Shown: positions 33,901 through 48,900 of the stretch, piece by piece
Layout of the letters: the number at the start of each line of letters is the position of its first letter
How positions within the stretch are numbered: position 1 is the stretch's first letter
Source: Laetmonice hystrix
Lineage: Eukaryota
Direction of reading: 5' to 3'
NCBI GenBank assembly: GCA_965235115.1
Contig: OZ249436.1
Location: 1-64,000 of the forward strand
Length of the DNA stretch: 64,000 bases
The notes under the pieces: generated by a model
What the model was told of the DNA's origin: nothing
Databases searched by the model: none
What the model saw: only the letters and a program-made list of their open reading frames with translations
Made by a program: the position numbers and the translations under genes

Positions 33901-36900
33901 GCGTCCCTAGACTACTGGCTCCTCTTGTATACAAGCAAACGGTAGAGGAAGGCCAAACAGTACAGGGAGGAATGGCTACAAGGTATACTGTCTGGCCTAG
34001 CACCCAAGCGAACACTACAGTGAGGCCAAAGAGTAGGCCTACAGTGAGGCCAAACAGTACACTGTGTGGCCAAGCAGTGGGGAAGGCCAACCAGTAGAGT
34101 GAGAAATCCTTAAATCTTACCGGCTGGCCTAGTACCCATGCAAACACTACAGTGAGGTAGCGGGAATGAAAGGTACAGGCGAGGAGCATCTAATGTTAAA
34201 ATCTGGAGAAGATGCTCAAATGGGAAGTGTACACATCACAACCATATATCTGTAGCGAACGTACGAGACCTATACGTTTGACAGTCGTACATCTGGCCTA
34301 AGAATCATAATTTTGGGAGGCTTAGTTTCAATTGGACGTATCAAAAATGAAGCCATTTTTCGCTTATCATTTCTTTAAGCTGTCTCTCGCCTCAGAGCCA
34401 CAGGTACCTGCCAGTACGTGGTGATTCCACCGCTAGCCGGAAGGTAGCAGTGCAGTCGGGGACCCCCCCCCCCCCGCTTCAGTGGAGTTGTGCTGCACCC
34501 TGGTGTTTCTTCCTGCAACATCTCGGTGTCCTTCCTTTGTTTGTTTGTTACTTGGGATGGGATATCTGATATAGAAAAGGCGTACAACGTCTTTTTCCAT
34601 TGTTAACTAAGGCTTTACGGCAAACAGTCATTGGGACGACCTGACAACGTTGTCGGACGCTTACAGATGGTCTGTAGGGGACATAGATTAGATGGAAGTA
34701 GATGATAGACGAAACGGATGGCCTTCCTCCTGGACAGGCGTCCCTATACTACTGGCTACTCTTGTATACAAGCAAACGGTAGAGGAAGGCCAAACAGTAC
34801 AGGGAGGAATGGCTACAAGGTATACTGTCTGGCCTAGCACCCAAGCGAACACTTCAGTGAGGCCAAAGAGTAGGCCTACAGTGAGGCCAAACAGTACACT
34901 GTGGGGCCAAGCAGTGGGCAAGGCCAACCAGTAGAGTGAGAAATCCTTAAATCTTACCGGCTGGCCTAGTACCCATGCAAACACTACAGTAAGGTAGTGG
35001 AAATGAAAGGTACAGGCGAGGAGCATCTAATGTTAAAATCTGGAAAAGATGCTCAAATGGGAAGTGTACACATCACAACCATATATCTGTAGCGAACGTA
35101 CGAGACCTATACCTTTGACAGTCGTACATCTGGCCTAAGAATTATAGTTTTGGGAGGCTTAGTTTCAATTTGACGTATCAAAAATGTAGCCATTTTTCGC
35201 TTATCATTGCTTTAAGCTGTCTCTCGCCTCAGAGCCACAGGTGCCTGCCAGTACGTGGTGATTCCACCGCTAGCCGGAAGGTAGCAGTGCAGTCGGAGAC
35301 CCCCCCCCCCACTTCAGTGGAGTTGTGCTGCACCCTGGTGTTTCTTGCCTGCAATATCTCGGTAGCCTTCCTTTGTTTGTTTGTTACTTGGGGATGGGAT
35401 ATCTGATATAGAAAAGGTGTACAACGTCATTTTCCATTGTTAACTAAAGCTTTACGGCAAACCGTCATTGGGACGACCTGACAACGTTGTCGGATGCTTA
35501 CAGATGGTCTGTAGGGGACATAGATCAGGTGGGAGTAGATGATAGACGAAACGGATGGCCTTCCTCCTGGACAATAAAGGAATGGAAACATGAAACATGA
35601 GGCGTCCCTAGACTACTGGCTACTCTTGTATACAAGCAAACGGCAGAGGAAGGCCAAACAGTACAGGGAGGAAGGGCTACAAGGTATACCGTCTGGCCTA
35701 GCACCCAAGCGAACACTACAGTGAGGCCAAAGAATAGGCCTACAGTGAGGCCAAACAGTACACTGTGGGGCCAAGCAGTGGGGAAGGCCAACCAGTAGAG
35801 TGAGAAATCCTTAAATCTTACCGGCTGGCCTAGTACCCATGCAAACACTACAGTGAGGTAGCGGGAATGAAAGGTACAGGCGAGGAGCATCTAATGTTAA
35901 AATCTGGAGAAGATGCTCAAATGGGAAGTGTACACATCACAACCATATATCTGTAGCGAACGTACGAGACCTATACGTTTGACAGTCGTACATCTGGCCT
36001 AAGAATCATAATTTTGGGAGGCTTAGTTTGAATTGGACGTATCAAAAATGAAGCCATTTTTCGCTTATCATTTCTTTAAGCTGTCTCTCGCCTCAGAGCC
36101 ACAGGTACCTGCCAGTACGTGGTGATTCCACCGCTAGCCGGAAGGTAGCAGTGTAGTCGGGGACCCCCCCCCGCTTCAGTGGAGTTGTGCTGCACCCTGG
36201 TGTTTCTTCCTGCAACATCTCGGTGTCCTTCCTTTGTTTGTTTGTTACTTGGGATGGGATATCTGATATAGAAAAGGCGTACAACGTCTTTTTCCATTGT
36301 TAACTAAGGCTTTACGGCAAACAGTCATTGGGACGACCTGACAACGTTGTCGGACGCTTACAGATGGTCTGTAGGGGACATAGATTAGATGGAAGTAGAT
36401 GATAGACGAAACGGATGGCCTTCCTCCTGGACCGGCGTCCCTATACTACTGGCTACTCTTGTATACAAGCAAACGGTAGAGGAAGGCCAAACAGTACAGG
36501 GAGGAAGGGCTACAAGGTATACTGTCTGGCCTAGCACCCAAGCGAACACTACAGTGAGGCCAAAGAATAGGCCTACAGTGAGGCCAAACAGTACACTGTG
36601 GGGCCAAGCAGTGGGGAAGGCCAACCAGTAGAGTGAGAAATCCTTAAATCTTACCGGCTGGCCTAGTACCCATGCAAACACTACAGTGAGGTAGCGGGAA
36701 TGAAAGGTACAGGCGAGGAGCATCTAATGTTAAAATCTGGAGAAGATGCTCATATGGGACGTGTACACATCACAACCATATATCTGTAGCGAACGTACGA
36801 GACCTATACGTTTGACAATCGTACATCTGGCCTAAGAATCATAATTTTGGGAGGCTTAGTTTCAATTTGACGTTTCAAAAATGTAGCCATTTTTCGCTTA

Positions 36901-39900
36901 TCATTGTTTTAACCTGTCTCTCGCCTCAGAGCCACAGGTGCCTGCCAGTACGTGGTGATTCCACCGCTAGCCGGAAGGTAGCAGTGCAGTCGGAGACCCC
37001 CCCCCCCACTTCAGTGGAGTTGTGCTGCACCCTGGTGTTTCTTGCTGCAATATCTCGGTAGCCTTCCTTTGTTTGTTTGTTACTTGGGGATGGGATATCT
37101 GATATAGAAAAGGTGTACAACGTCATTTACCATTGTTAACTAAAGCTTTACGGCAAACCGTCATTGGGACGACCTGACAACGTTGTCGGACCCTTAAAGA
37201 TGGTCTGTAGGGGACATAGATTAGATGGGAGTAGATGATAAACGAAACGGATGGCCTTCCTCCTGGACAATAAAGGCATGGAAACATGAAACATGAGGCG
37301 TCCCTAGACTACTGGCTACTCTTGTATACAAGCAAACGGTAGAGGAAGGCCAAACAGTACAGGGAGGAATGGCTACAAGGTATACTGTCTGGCCTAGCAC
37401 CAAAGCGAACACTACAGTGAGGCCAAAGAGTAGGCCTACAGTGAGGCCAAACAGTACACTGTGTGGCCAAGCAGTGGGGAAGGCCAACCAGTAGAGTGAG
37501 AAATCCTTAAATCTTACCGGCTGGCCTAGTACCCATGCAAACACTACAGTGAGGTAGCGGGAATGAAAGGTACAGGCGAGGAGCATCTAATGTTAAAATC
37601 TGGAGAAGATGCTCAAATGGGAAGTGTACACATCACAACCATATATCTGTAGCGAACGTACGAGACCTATACGTTTGACAGTCGTACATCTGGCCTAAGA
37701 ATCATAATTTTGGGAGGCTTAGTTTCAATTGGACGTATCAAAAATGAAGCCATTTTTCGCTTATCATTTCTTTAAGCTGTCTCTCGCCTCAGAGCCACAG
37801 GTACCTGCCAGTACGTGGTGATTCCACCGCTAGCCGGAAGGTAGCAGTGCAGTCGGGGACCCCCCCCCCCGCTTCAGTGGAGTTGTGCTGCACCCTGGTG
37901 TTTCTTCCTGCAACATCTCGGTGTCCTTCCTTTGTTTGTTTGTTACTTGGGATGGGTTATCTGATATAGAAAAGGCGTACAACGTCTTTTTCCATTGTTA
38001 ACTAAGGCTTTACGGCAAACAGTCATTGGGACGACCTGACAACGTTGTCGGACGCTTACAGATGGTCTGTAGGGGACATAGATTAGATGGAAGTAGATGA
38101 TAGACGAAACGGATGGCCTTCCTCCTGGACAGGCGTCCCTATACTACTGGCTACTCTTGTATACAAGCAAACGGTAGAGGAAGGCCAAACAGTACAGGGA
38201 GGAATGGCTACAAGGTATACTGTCTGGCCTAGCACCCAAGCGAACACTTCAGTGAGGCCAAAGAGTAGGCCTACAGTGAGGCCAAACAGTACACTGTGGG
38301 GCCAAGCAGTGGGCAAGGCCAACCAGTAGAGTGAGAAATCCTTAAATCTTACCGGCTGGCCTAGTACCCATGCAAACACTACAGTAAGGTAGTGGAAATG
38401 AAAGGTACAGGCGAGGAGCATCTAATGTTAAAATCTGGAAAAGATGCTCAAATGGGAAGTGTACACATCACAACCATATATCTGTAGCGAACGTACGAGA
38501 CCTATACCTTTGACAGTCGTACATCTGGCCTAAGAATTATAGTTTTGGGAGGCTTAGTTTCAATTTGACGTATCAAAAATGTAGCCATTTTTCGCTTATC
38601 ATTGCTTTAAGCTGTCTCTCGCCTCAGAGCCACAGGTGCCTGCCAGTACGTGGTGATTCCACCGCTAGCCGGAAGGTAGCAGTGCAGTCGGAGACCCCCC
38701 CCCCCACTTCAGTGGAGTTGTGCTGCACCCTGGTGTTTCTTGCCTGCAATATCTCGGTAGCCTTCCTTTGTTTGTTTGTTACTTGGGGATGGGATATCTG
38801 ATATAGAAAAGGTGTACAACGTCATTTTCCATTGTTAACTAAAGCTTTACGGCAAACCGTCATTGGGACGACCTGACAACGTTGTCGGATGCTTACAGAT
38901 GGTCTGTAGGGGACATAGATCAGGTGGGAGTAGATGATAGACGAAACGGATGGCCTTCCTCCTGGACAATAAAGGAATGGAAACATGAAACATGAGGCGT
39001 CCCTAGACTACTGGCTACTCTTGTATACAAGCAAACGGTAGAGGAAGGCCAAACAGTACAGGGAGGAATGGCTACAAGGTATACTGTCTGGCCTAGCACC
39101 TAAGCGAACACTACAGTGAGGCCAAAGAATAGGCCTACAGTGAGGCCAAACAGTACACTGTGGGGCCAAGCAGTGGGGAAGGCCAACCAGTAGAGTGAGA
39201 AATCCTTAAATCTTACCGGCTGGCCTAGTACCCATGCAAACACTACAGTGAGGTAGCGGGAATGAAAGGTACAGGCGAGGAGCATCTAATGTTAAAATCT
39301 GGAGAAGATGCTCAAATGGGACGTGTACACATCACAACCATATATCTGTAGCGAACGTACGAGACCTATACGTTTGACAATCGTACATCTGGCCTAAGAA
39401 TCATAATTTTGGGAGGCTTAGTTTCAATTTGACGTTTCAAAAATGTAGCCATTTTTCGCCTATCATTTCTTTAAGCTGTCTCTCGCCTCAGAGCCACAGG
39501 TACCTGCCAGTACGTGGTGATTCCACCGCTAGCCGGAAGGTAGCAGTGCAGTCGGGGACCCCCCCCCCGCTTCAGTGGAGTTGTGCTGCACCCTGGTGTT
39601 TCTTCCTGCAACATCTCGGTGTCCTTCCTTTGTTTGTTTGTTACTTGGGATGGGATATCTGATATAGAAAAGGCGTACAACGTCTTTTTCCATTGTTAAC
39701 TAAGGCTTTACGGCAAACAGTCATTGGGACGACCTGACAACGTTGTCGGACGCTTACAGATGGTCTGTAGGGGACATAGATTAGATGGAAGTAGATGATA
39801 GACGAAACGGATGGCCTTCCTCCTGGACAGGCGTCCCTATACTACTGGCTACTCTTGTATACAAGCAAACGGTAGAGGAAGGCCAAACAGTACAGGGAGG

Positions 39901-42900
39901 AAGGGCTACAAGGTATACTGTCTGGCCTAGCACCCAAGCGAACACTACAGTGAGGCCAAAGAATAGGCCTACAGTGAGGCCAAACAGTACACTGTGGGGC
40001 CAAGCAGTGGGGAAGGCCAACCAGTAGAGTGAGAAATCCTTAAATCTTACCGGCTGGCCTAGTACCCATGCAAACACTACAGTGAGGTAGCGGGAATGAA
40101 AGGTACAGGCGAGGAGCATCTAATGTTAAAATCTGGAGAAGATGCTCAAATGGGAAGTGTACACATCACAACCATATATCTGTAGCGAACGTACGAGACC
40201 TTACGTTTGACAGTCGTACATCTGGCCTAAGAATCATAATTTTGGGAGGCTTAGTTTCAATTGGACGTATCAAAAATGAAGCCATTTTTCGCTTATCATT
40301 TCTTTAAGCTGTCTCTCGCCTCAGAGCCACAGGTACCTGCCAGTACGTGGTGATTCCACCGCTAGCCGGAAGGTAGCAGTGCAGTCGGGGACCCCCCCCC
40401 CGCTTCAGTGGAGTTGTGCTGCACCCTGGTGTTTCTTCCTGCAACATCTCGGTGTCCTTCCTTTGTTTGTTTGTTACTTGGGATGGGATATCTGATATAG
40501 AAAAGGCGTACAACGTCTTTTTCCATTGTTAACTAAGGCTTTACGGCAAACAGTCATTGGGACGACCTGACAACGTTGTCGGACGCTTACAGATGGTCTG
40601 TAGGGGACATAGATTAGATGGAAGTAGATGATAGACGAAACGGATGGCCTTCCTCCTGGACAGGCGTCCCTATACTACTGGCTACTCTTGTATACAAGCA
40701 AACGGTAGAGGAAGGCCAAACAGTACAGGGAGGAAGGGCTACAAGGTATACTGTCTGGCCTAGCACCCAAGCGAACACTACAGTGAGGCCAAAGAATAGG
40801 CCTACAGTGAGGCCAAACAGTACACTGTGGGGCCAAGCAGTGGGGAAGGCCAACCAGTAGAGTGAGAAATCCTTAAATCTTACCGGCTGGCCTAGTACCC
40901 ATGCAAACACTACAGTGAGGTAGCGGGAATGAAAGGTACAGGCGAGGAGCATCTAATGTTAAAATCTGGAGAAGATGCTCATATGGGACGTGTACACATC
41001 ACAACCATATATCTGTAGCGAACGTACGAGACCTATACGTTTGACAATCGTACATCTGGCCTAAGAATCATAATTTTGGGAGGCTTAGTTTCAATTTGAC
41101 GTTTCAAAAATGTAGCCATTTTTCGCTTATCATTGTTTTAACCTGTCTCTCGCCTCAGAGCCACAGGTGCCTGCCAGTACGTGGTGATTCCACCGCTAGC
41201 CGGAAGGTAGCAGTGCAGTCGGAGACCCCCCCCCCACTTCAGTGGAGTTGTGCTGCACCCTGGTGTTTCTTGCTGCAATATCTCGGTAGCCTTCCTTTGT
41301 TTGTTTGTTACTTGGGGATGGGATATCTGATATAGAAAAGGTGTACAACGTCATTTACCATTGTTAACTAAAGCTTTACGGCAAACCGTCATTGGGACGA
41401 CCTGACAACGTTGTCGGACCCTTAAAGATGGTCTGTAGGGGACATAGATTAGATGGGAGTAGATGATAAACGAAACGGATGGCCTTCCTCCTGGACAATA
41501 AAGGCATGGAAACATGAAACATGAGGCGTCCCTAGACTACTGGCTCCTCTTGTATACAAGCAAACGGTAGAGGAAGGCCAAACAGTACAGGGAGGAATGG
41601 CTACAAGGTATACTGTCTGGCCTAGCACCCAAGCGAACACTACAGTGAGGCCAAAGAGTAGGCCTACAGTGAGGCCAAACAGTACACTGTGTGGCCAAGC
41701 AGTGGGGAAGGCCAACCAGTAGAGTGAGAAATCCTTAAATCTTACCGGCTGGCCTAGTACCCATGCAAACACTACAGTGAGGTAGCGGGAATGAAAGGTA
41801 CAGGCGAGGAGCATCTAATGTTAAAATCTGGAGAAGATGCTCAAATGGGAAGTGTACACATCACAACCATATATCTGTAGCGAACGTACGAGACCTATAC
41901 GTTTGACAGTCGTACATCTGGCCTAAGAGTCATAATTTTGGGAGGCTTAGTTTCAATTTGACGTATCAAAAATTAAGCCATTTTTCGCTTATCATTTCTT
42001 TAAGCTGTCTCTCGCCTCAGAGCCACAGGTGCCTGCCAGTACGTGGTGATTCCACCGCTAGCCGGAAGGTAGCAGTGCAGTCGGAGACCCCCCCCCCCCA
42101 CTTCAGTGGAGTTGTGCTGCACACTGGTGTTTCTTGCCTGCAATATATCGGTAGCCTTCCTTTGTTTGTTTGTTACTTGGGGATGGGATATCTGATATAG
42201 AAAAGGTGCACAACGTCATTTTCCATTGTTAACTAAAGCTTTACGGCAAACCGTCATTGGGACGACCTGACAACGTTGTCGGACCCTTACAGATGGTCTG
42301 TAGGGGACATAGATAAGATGGGAGTAGATGATAGACGAAACGGATGGCCTTCCTCCTGGACAATAAAGGCATGGAAACATGAAACATGAGGCGTCCCTAG
42401 ACTACTGGCTACTCTTGTATACAAGCAAACGGTAGAGGAAGGCCAAACAGTACAGGGAGGAATGGCTACAAGGTATACTGTCTGGCCTAGCACCAAAGCG
42501 AACACTACAGTGAGGCCAAAGAGTAGGCCTACAGTGAGGCCAAACAGTACACTCTGTGGCCAAGCAGTGGGGAAGGCCAACCAGTAGAGTGAGAAATCCT
42601 TAAATCTTACCGGCTGGCCTAGTACCCATGCAAACACTACAGTGAGGTAGCGGGAATGAAAGGTACAGGCGAGGAGCATCTAATGTTAAAATCTGGAGAA
42701 GATGCTCAAATGGGAAGTGTACACATCACAACCATATATCTGTAGCGAACGTACGAGACCTATACGTTTGACAGTCGTACATCTGGCCTAAGAATCATAA
42801 TTTTGGGAGGCTTAGTTTCAATTGGACGTATCAAAAATGAAGCCATTTTTCGCTTATCATTTCTTTAAGCTGTCTCTCGCCTCAGAGCCACAGGTACCTG

Positions 42901-45900
42901 CCAGTACGTGGTGATTCCACCGCTAGCCGGAAGGTAGCAGTGCAGTCGGGGACCCCCCCCCCCGCTTCAGTGGAGTTGTGCTGCACCCTGGTGTTTCTTC
43001 CTGCAACATCTCGGTGTCCTTCCTTTGTTTGTTTGTTACTTGGGATGGGATATCTGATATAGAAAAGGCGTACAACGTCTTTTTCCATTGTTAACTAAGG
43101 CTTTACGGCAAACAGTCATTGGGACGACCTGACAACGTTGTCGGACGCTTACAGATGGTCTGTAGGGGACATAGATTAGATGGAAGTAGATGATAGACGA
43201 AACGGATGGCCTTCCTCCTGGACAGGCGTCCCTATACTACTGGCTACTCTTGTATACAAGCAAACGGTAGAGGAAGGCCAAACAGTACAGGGAGGAATGG
43301 CTACAAGGTATACTGTCTGGCCTAGCACCCAAGCGAACACTTCAGTGAGGCCAAAGAGTAGGCCTACAGTGAGGCCAAACAGTACACTGTGGGGCCAAGC
43401 AGTGGGCAAGGCCAACCAGTAGAGTGAGAAATCCTTAAATCTTACCGGCTGGCCTAGTACCCATGCAAACACTACAGTAAGGTAGTGGAAATGAAAGGTA
43501 CAGGCGAGGAGCATCTAATGTTAAAATCTGGAAAAGATGCTCAAATGGGAAGTGTACACATCACAACCATATATCTGTAGCGAACGTACGAGACCTATAC
43601 CTTTGACAGTCGTACATCTGGCCTAAGAATTATAGTTTTGGGAGGCTTAGTTTCAATTTGACGTATCAAAAATGTAGCCATTTTTCGCTTATCATTGCTT
43701 TAAGCTGTCTCTCGCCTCAGAGCCACAGGTGCCTGCCAGTACGTGGTGATTCCACCGCTAGCCGGAAGGTAGCAGTGCAGTCGGAGACCCCCCCCCCCCA
43801 CTTCAGTGGAGTTGTGCTGCACCCTGGTGTTTCTTGCCTGCAATATCTCGGTAGCCTTCCTTTGTTTGTTTGTTACTTGGGGATGGGATATCTGATATAG
43901 AAAAGGTGTACAACGTCATTTTCCATTGTTAACTAAAGCTTTACGGCAAACCGTCATTGGGACGACCTGACAACGTTGTCGGATGCTTACAGATGGTCTG
44001 TAGGGGACATAGATCAGGTGGGAGTAGATGATAGACGAAACGGATGGCCTTCCTCCTGGACAATAAAGGAATGGAAACATGAAACATGAGGCGTCCCTAG
44101 ACTACTGGCTACTCTTGTATACAAGCAAACGGCAGAGGAAGGCCAAACAGTACAGGGAGGAAGGGCTACAAGGTATACCGTCTGGCCTAGCACCCAAGCG
44201 AACACTACAGTGAGGCCAAAGAATAGGCCTACAGTGAGGCCAAACAGTACACTGTGGGGCCAAGCAGTGGGGAAGGCCAACCAGTAGAGTGAGAAATCCT
44301 TAAATCTTACCGGCTGGCCTAGTACCCATGCAAACACTACAGTGAGGTAGCGGGAATGAAAGGTACAGGCGAGGAGCATCTAATGTTAAAATCTGGAGAA
44401 GATGCTCAAATGGGAAGTGTACACATCACAACCATATATCTGTAGCGAACGTACGAGACCTATACGTTTGACAGTCGTACATCTGGCCTAAGAATCATAA
44501 TTTTGGGAGGCTTAGTTTGAATTGGACGTATCAAAAATGAAGCCATTTTTCGCTTATCATTTCTTTAAGCTGTCTCTCGCCTCAGAGCCACAGGTACCTG
44601 CCAGTACGTGGTGATTCCACCGCTAGCCGGAAGGTAGCAGTGTAGTCGGGGACCCCCCCCCCCCCGCTTCAGTGGAGTTGTGCTGCACCCTGGTGTTTCT
44701 TCCTGCAACATCTCGGTGTCCTTCCTTTGTTTGTTTGTTACTTGGGATGGGATATCTGATATAGAAAAGGCGTACAACGTCTTTTTCCATTGTTAACTAA
44801 GGCTTTACGGCAAACAGTCATTGGGACGACCTGACAACGTTGTCGGACGCTTACAGATGGTCTGTAGGGGACATAGATTAGATGGAAGTAGATGATAGAC
44901 GAAACGGATGGCCTTCCTCCTGGACAGGCGTCCCTATACTACTGGCTACTCTTGTATACAAGCAAACGGTAGAGGAAGGCCAAACAGTACAGGGAGGAAG
45001 GGCTACAAGGTATACTGTCTGGCCTAGCACCCAAGCGAACACTACAGTGAGGCCAAAGAATAGGCCTACAGTGAGGCCAAACAGTACACTGTGGGGCCAA
45101 GCAGTGGGGAAGGCCAACCAGTAGAGTGAGAAATTCTTAAATCTTACCGGCTGGCCTAGTACCCATGCAAACACTACAGTGAGGTAGCGGGAATGAAAGG
45201 TACAGGCGAGGAGCATCTAATGTTAAAATCTGGAGAAGATGCTCATATGGGACGTGTACACATCACAACCATATATCTGTAGCGAACGTACGAGACCTAT
45301 ACGTTTGACAATCGTACATCTGGCCTAAGAATCATAATTTTGGGAGGCTTAGTTTCAATTTGACGTTTCAAAAATGTAGCCATTTTTCGCTTATCATTGT
45401 TTTAACCTGTCTCTCGCCTCAGAGCCACAGGTGCCTGCCAGTACGTGGTGATTCCACCGCTAGCCGGAAGGTAGCAGTGCAGTCGGAGACCCCCCCCCCC
45501 ACTTCAGTGGAGTTGTGCTGCACCCTGGTGGTTCTTGCTGCAATATCTCGGTAGCCTTCCTTTGTTTGTTTGTTACTTGGGGATGGGATATCTGATATAG
45601 AAAAGGTGTACAACGTCATTTACCATTGTTAACTAAAGCTTTACGGCAAACCGTCATTGGGACGACCTGACAACGTTGTCGGACCCTTAAAGATGGTCTG
45701 TAGGGGACATAGATTAGATGGGAGTAGATGATAAACGAAACGGATGGCCTTCCTCCTGGACAATAAAGGCATGGAAACATGAAACATGAGGCGTCCCTAG
45801 ACTACTGGCTCCTCTTGTATACAAGCAAACGGTAGAGGAAGGCCAAACAGTACAGGGAGGAATGGCTACAAGGTATACTGTCTGGCCTAGCACCCAAGCG

Positions 45901-48900
45901 AACACTACAGTGAGGCCAAAGAGTAGGCCTACAGTGAGGCCAAACAGTACACTGTGTGGCCAAGCAGTGGGGAAGGCCAACCAGTAGAGTGAGAAATCCT
46001 TAAATCTTACCGGCTGGCCTAGTACCCATGCAAACACTACAGTGAGGTAGCGGGAATGAAAGGTACAGGCGAGGAGCATCTAATGTTAAAATCTGGAGAA
46101 GATGCTCAAATGGGAAGTGTACACATCACAACCATATATCTGTAGCGAACGTACGGGACCTATACGTTTGACAGTCGTACATCTGGCCTAAGAGTCATAA
46201 TTTTGGGAGGCTTAGTTTCAATTTGACGTATCAAAAATTAAGCCATTTTTCGCTTATCATTTCTTTAAGCTGTCTCTCGCCTCAGAGCCACAGGTGCCTG
46301 CCAGTACGTGGTGATTCCACCGCTAGCCGGAAGGTAGCAGTGCAGTCGGAGACGCCCCCCCCCACTTCAGTGGAGTTGTGCTGCACACTGGTGTTTCTTG
46401 CCTGCAATATCTCGGTAGCCTTCCTTTGTTTGTTTGTTACTTGGGGATGGGATATCTGATATAGAAAAGGTGTACAACGTCATTTTCCATTGTTAACTAA
46501 AGCTTTACGGCAAACCGTCATTGGGACTACCTGACAACGTTGTCGGACCCTTACAGATGGTCTGTAGGGGACATAGATAAGATGGGAGTAGATGATAGAC
46601 GAAACGGATGGCCTTCCTCCTGGACAATAAAGGCATGGAAACATGAAACATGAGGCGTCCCTAGACTACTGGCTACTCTTGTATACAAGCAAACGGTAGA
46701 GGAAGGCCAAACAGTACAGGGAGGAATGGCTACAAGGTATACTGTCTGGCCTAGCACCAAAGCGAACACTACAGTGAGGCCAAAGAGTAGGCCTACAGTG
46801 AGGCCAAACAGTACACTGTGTGGCCAAGCAGTGGGGAAGGCCAACCAGTAGAGTGAGAAATCCTTAAATCTTACCGGCTGGCCTAGTACCCATGCAAACA
46901 CTACAGTGAGGTAGCGGGAATGAAAGGTACAGGCGAGGAGCATCTAATGTTAAAATCTGGAGAAGATGCTCAAATGGGAAGTGTACACATCACAACCATA
47001 TATCTGTAGCGAACGTACGAGACCTATACGTTTGACAGTCGTACATCTGGCCTAAGAATCATAATTTTGGGAGGCTTAGTTTCAATTGTACGTATCAAAA
47101 ATGAAGCCATTTTTCGCTTATCATTTCTTTAAGCTGTCTCTCGCCTCAGAGCCACAGGTACCTGCCAGTACGTGGTGATTCCACCGCTAGCCGGAAGGTA
47201 GCAGTGCAGTCGGGGACCCCCCCCCCCCGCTTCAGTGGAGTTGTGCTGCACCCTGGTGTTTCTTCCTGCAACATCTCGGTGTCCTTCCTTTGTTTGTTTG
47301 TTACTTGGGATGGGATATCTGATATAGAAAAGGCGTACAACGTCTTTTTCCATTGTTAACTAAGGCTTTACGGCAAACAGTCATTGGGACGACCTGACAA
47401 CGTTGTCGGACGCTTACAGATGGTCTGTAGGGGACATAGATTAGATGGAAGTAGATGATAGACGAAACGGATGGCCTTCCTCCTGGACAGGCGTCCCTAT
47501 ACTACTGGCTACTCTTGTATACAAGCAAACGGTAGAGGAAGGCCAAACAGTACAGGGAGGAATGGCTACAAGGTATACTGTCTGGCCTAGCACCCAAGCG
47601 AACACTTCAGTGAGGCCAAAGAGTAGGCCTACAGTGAGGCCAAACAGTACACTGTGGGGCCAAGCAGTGGGCAAGGCCAACCAGTAGAGTGAGAAATCCT
47701 TAAATCTTACCGGCTGGCCTAGTACCCATGCAAACACTACAGTAAGGTAGTGGAAATGAAAGGTACAGGCGAGGAGCATCTAATGTTAAAATCTGGAAAA
47801 GATGCTCAAATGGGAAGTGTACACATCACAACCATATATCTGTAGCGAACGTACGAGACCTATACCTTTGACAGTCGTACATCTGGCCTAAGAATTATAG
47901 TTTTGGGAGGCTTAGTTTCAATTTGACGTATCAAAAATGTAGCCATTTTTCGCTTATCATTGCTTTAAGCTGTCTCTCGCCTCAGAGCCACAGGTGCCTG
48001 CCAGTACGTGGTGATTCCACCGCTAGCCGGAAGGTAGCAGTGCAGTCGGAGACCCCCCCCCCCCACTTCAGTGGAGTTGTGCTGCACCCTGGTGTTTCTT
48101 GCCTGCAATATCTCGGTAGCCTTCCTTTGTTTGTTTGTTACTTGGGGATGGGATATCTGATATAGAAAAGGTGTACAACGTCATTTTCCATTGTTAACTA
48201 AAGCTTTACGGCAAACCGTCATTGGGACGACCTGACAACGTTGTCGGATGCTTACAGATGGTCTGTAGGGGACATAGATCAGGTGGGAGTAGATGATAGA
48301 CGAAACGGATGGCCTTCCTCCTGGACAATAAAGGAATGGAAACATGAAACATGAGGCGTCCCTAGACTACTGGCTACTCTTGTATACAAGCAAACGGCAG
48401 AGGAAGGCCAAACAGTACAGGGAGGAAGGGCTACAAGGTATACCGTCTGGCCTAGCACCCAAGCGAACACTACAGTGAGGCCAAAGAATAGGCCTACAGT
48501 GAGGCCAAACAGTACACTGTGGGGCCAAGCAGTGGGGAAGGCCAACCAGTAGAGTGAGAAATCCTTAAATATTACCGGCTGGCCTAGTACCCATGCAAAC
48601 ACTACAGTTAGGTAGCGGGAATGAAAGGTACAGGCGAGGAGCATCTAATGTTAAAATCTGGAGAAGATGCTCAAATGGGACGTGTACACATCACAACCAT
48701 ATATCTGTAGCGAACGTACGAGACCTATACGTTTGACAATCGTACATCTGGCCTAAGAATCATAATTTTGGGAGGCTTAGTTTGAATTGGACGTATCAAA
48801 AATGAAGCCATTTTTCGCTTATCATTTCTTTAAGCTGTCTCTCGCCTCAGAGCCACAGGTACCTGCCAGTACGTGGTGATTCCACCGCTAGCCGGAAGGT

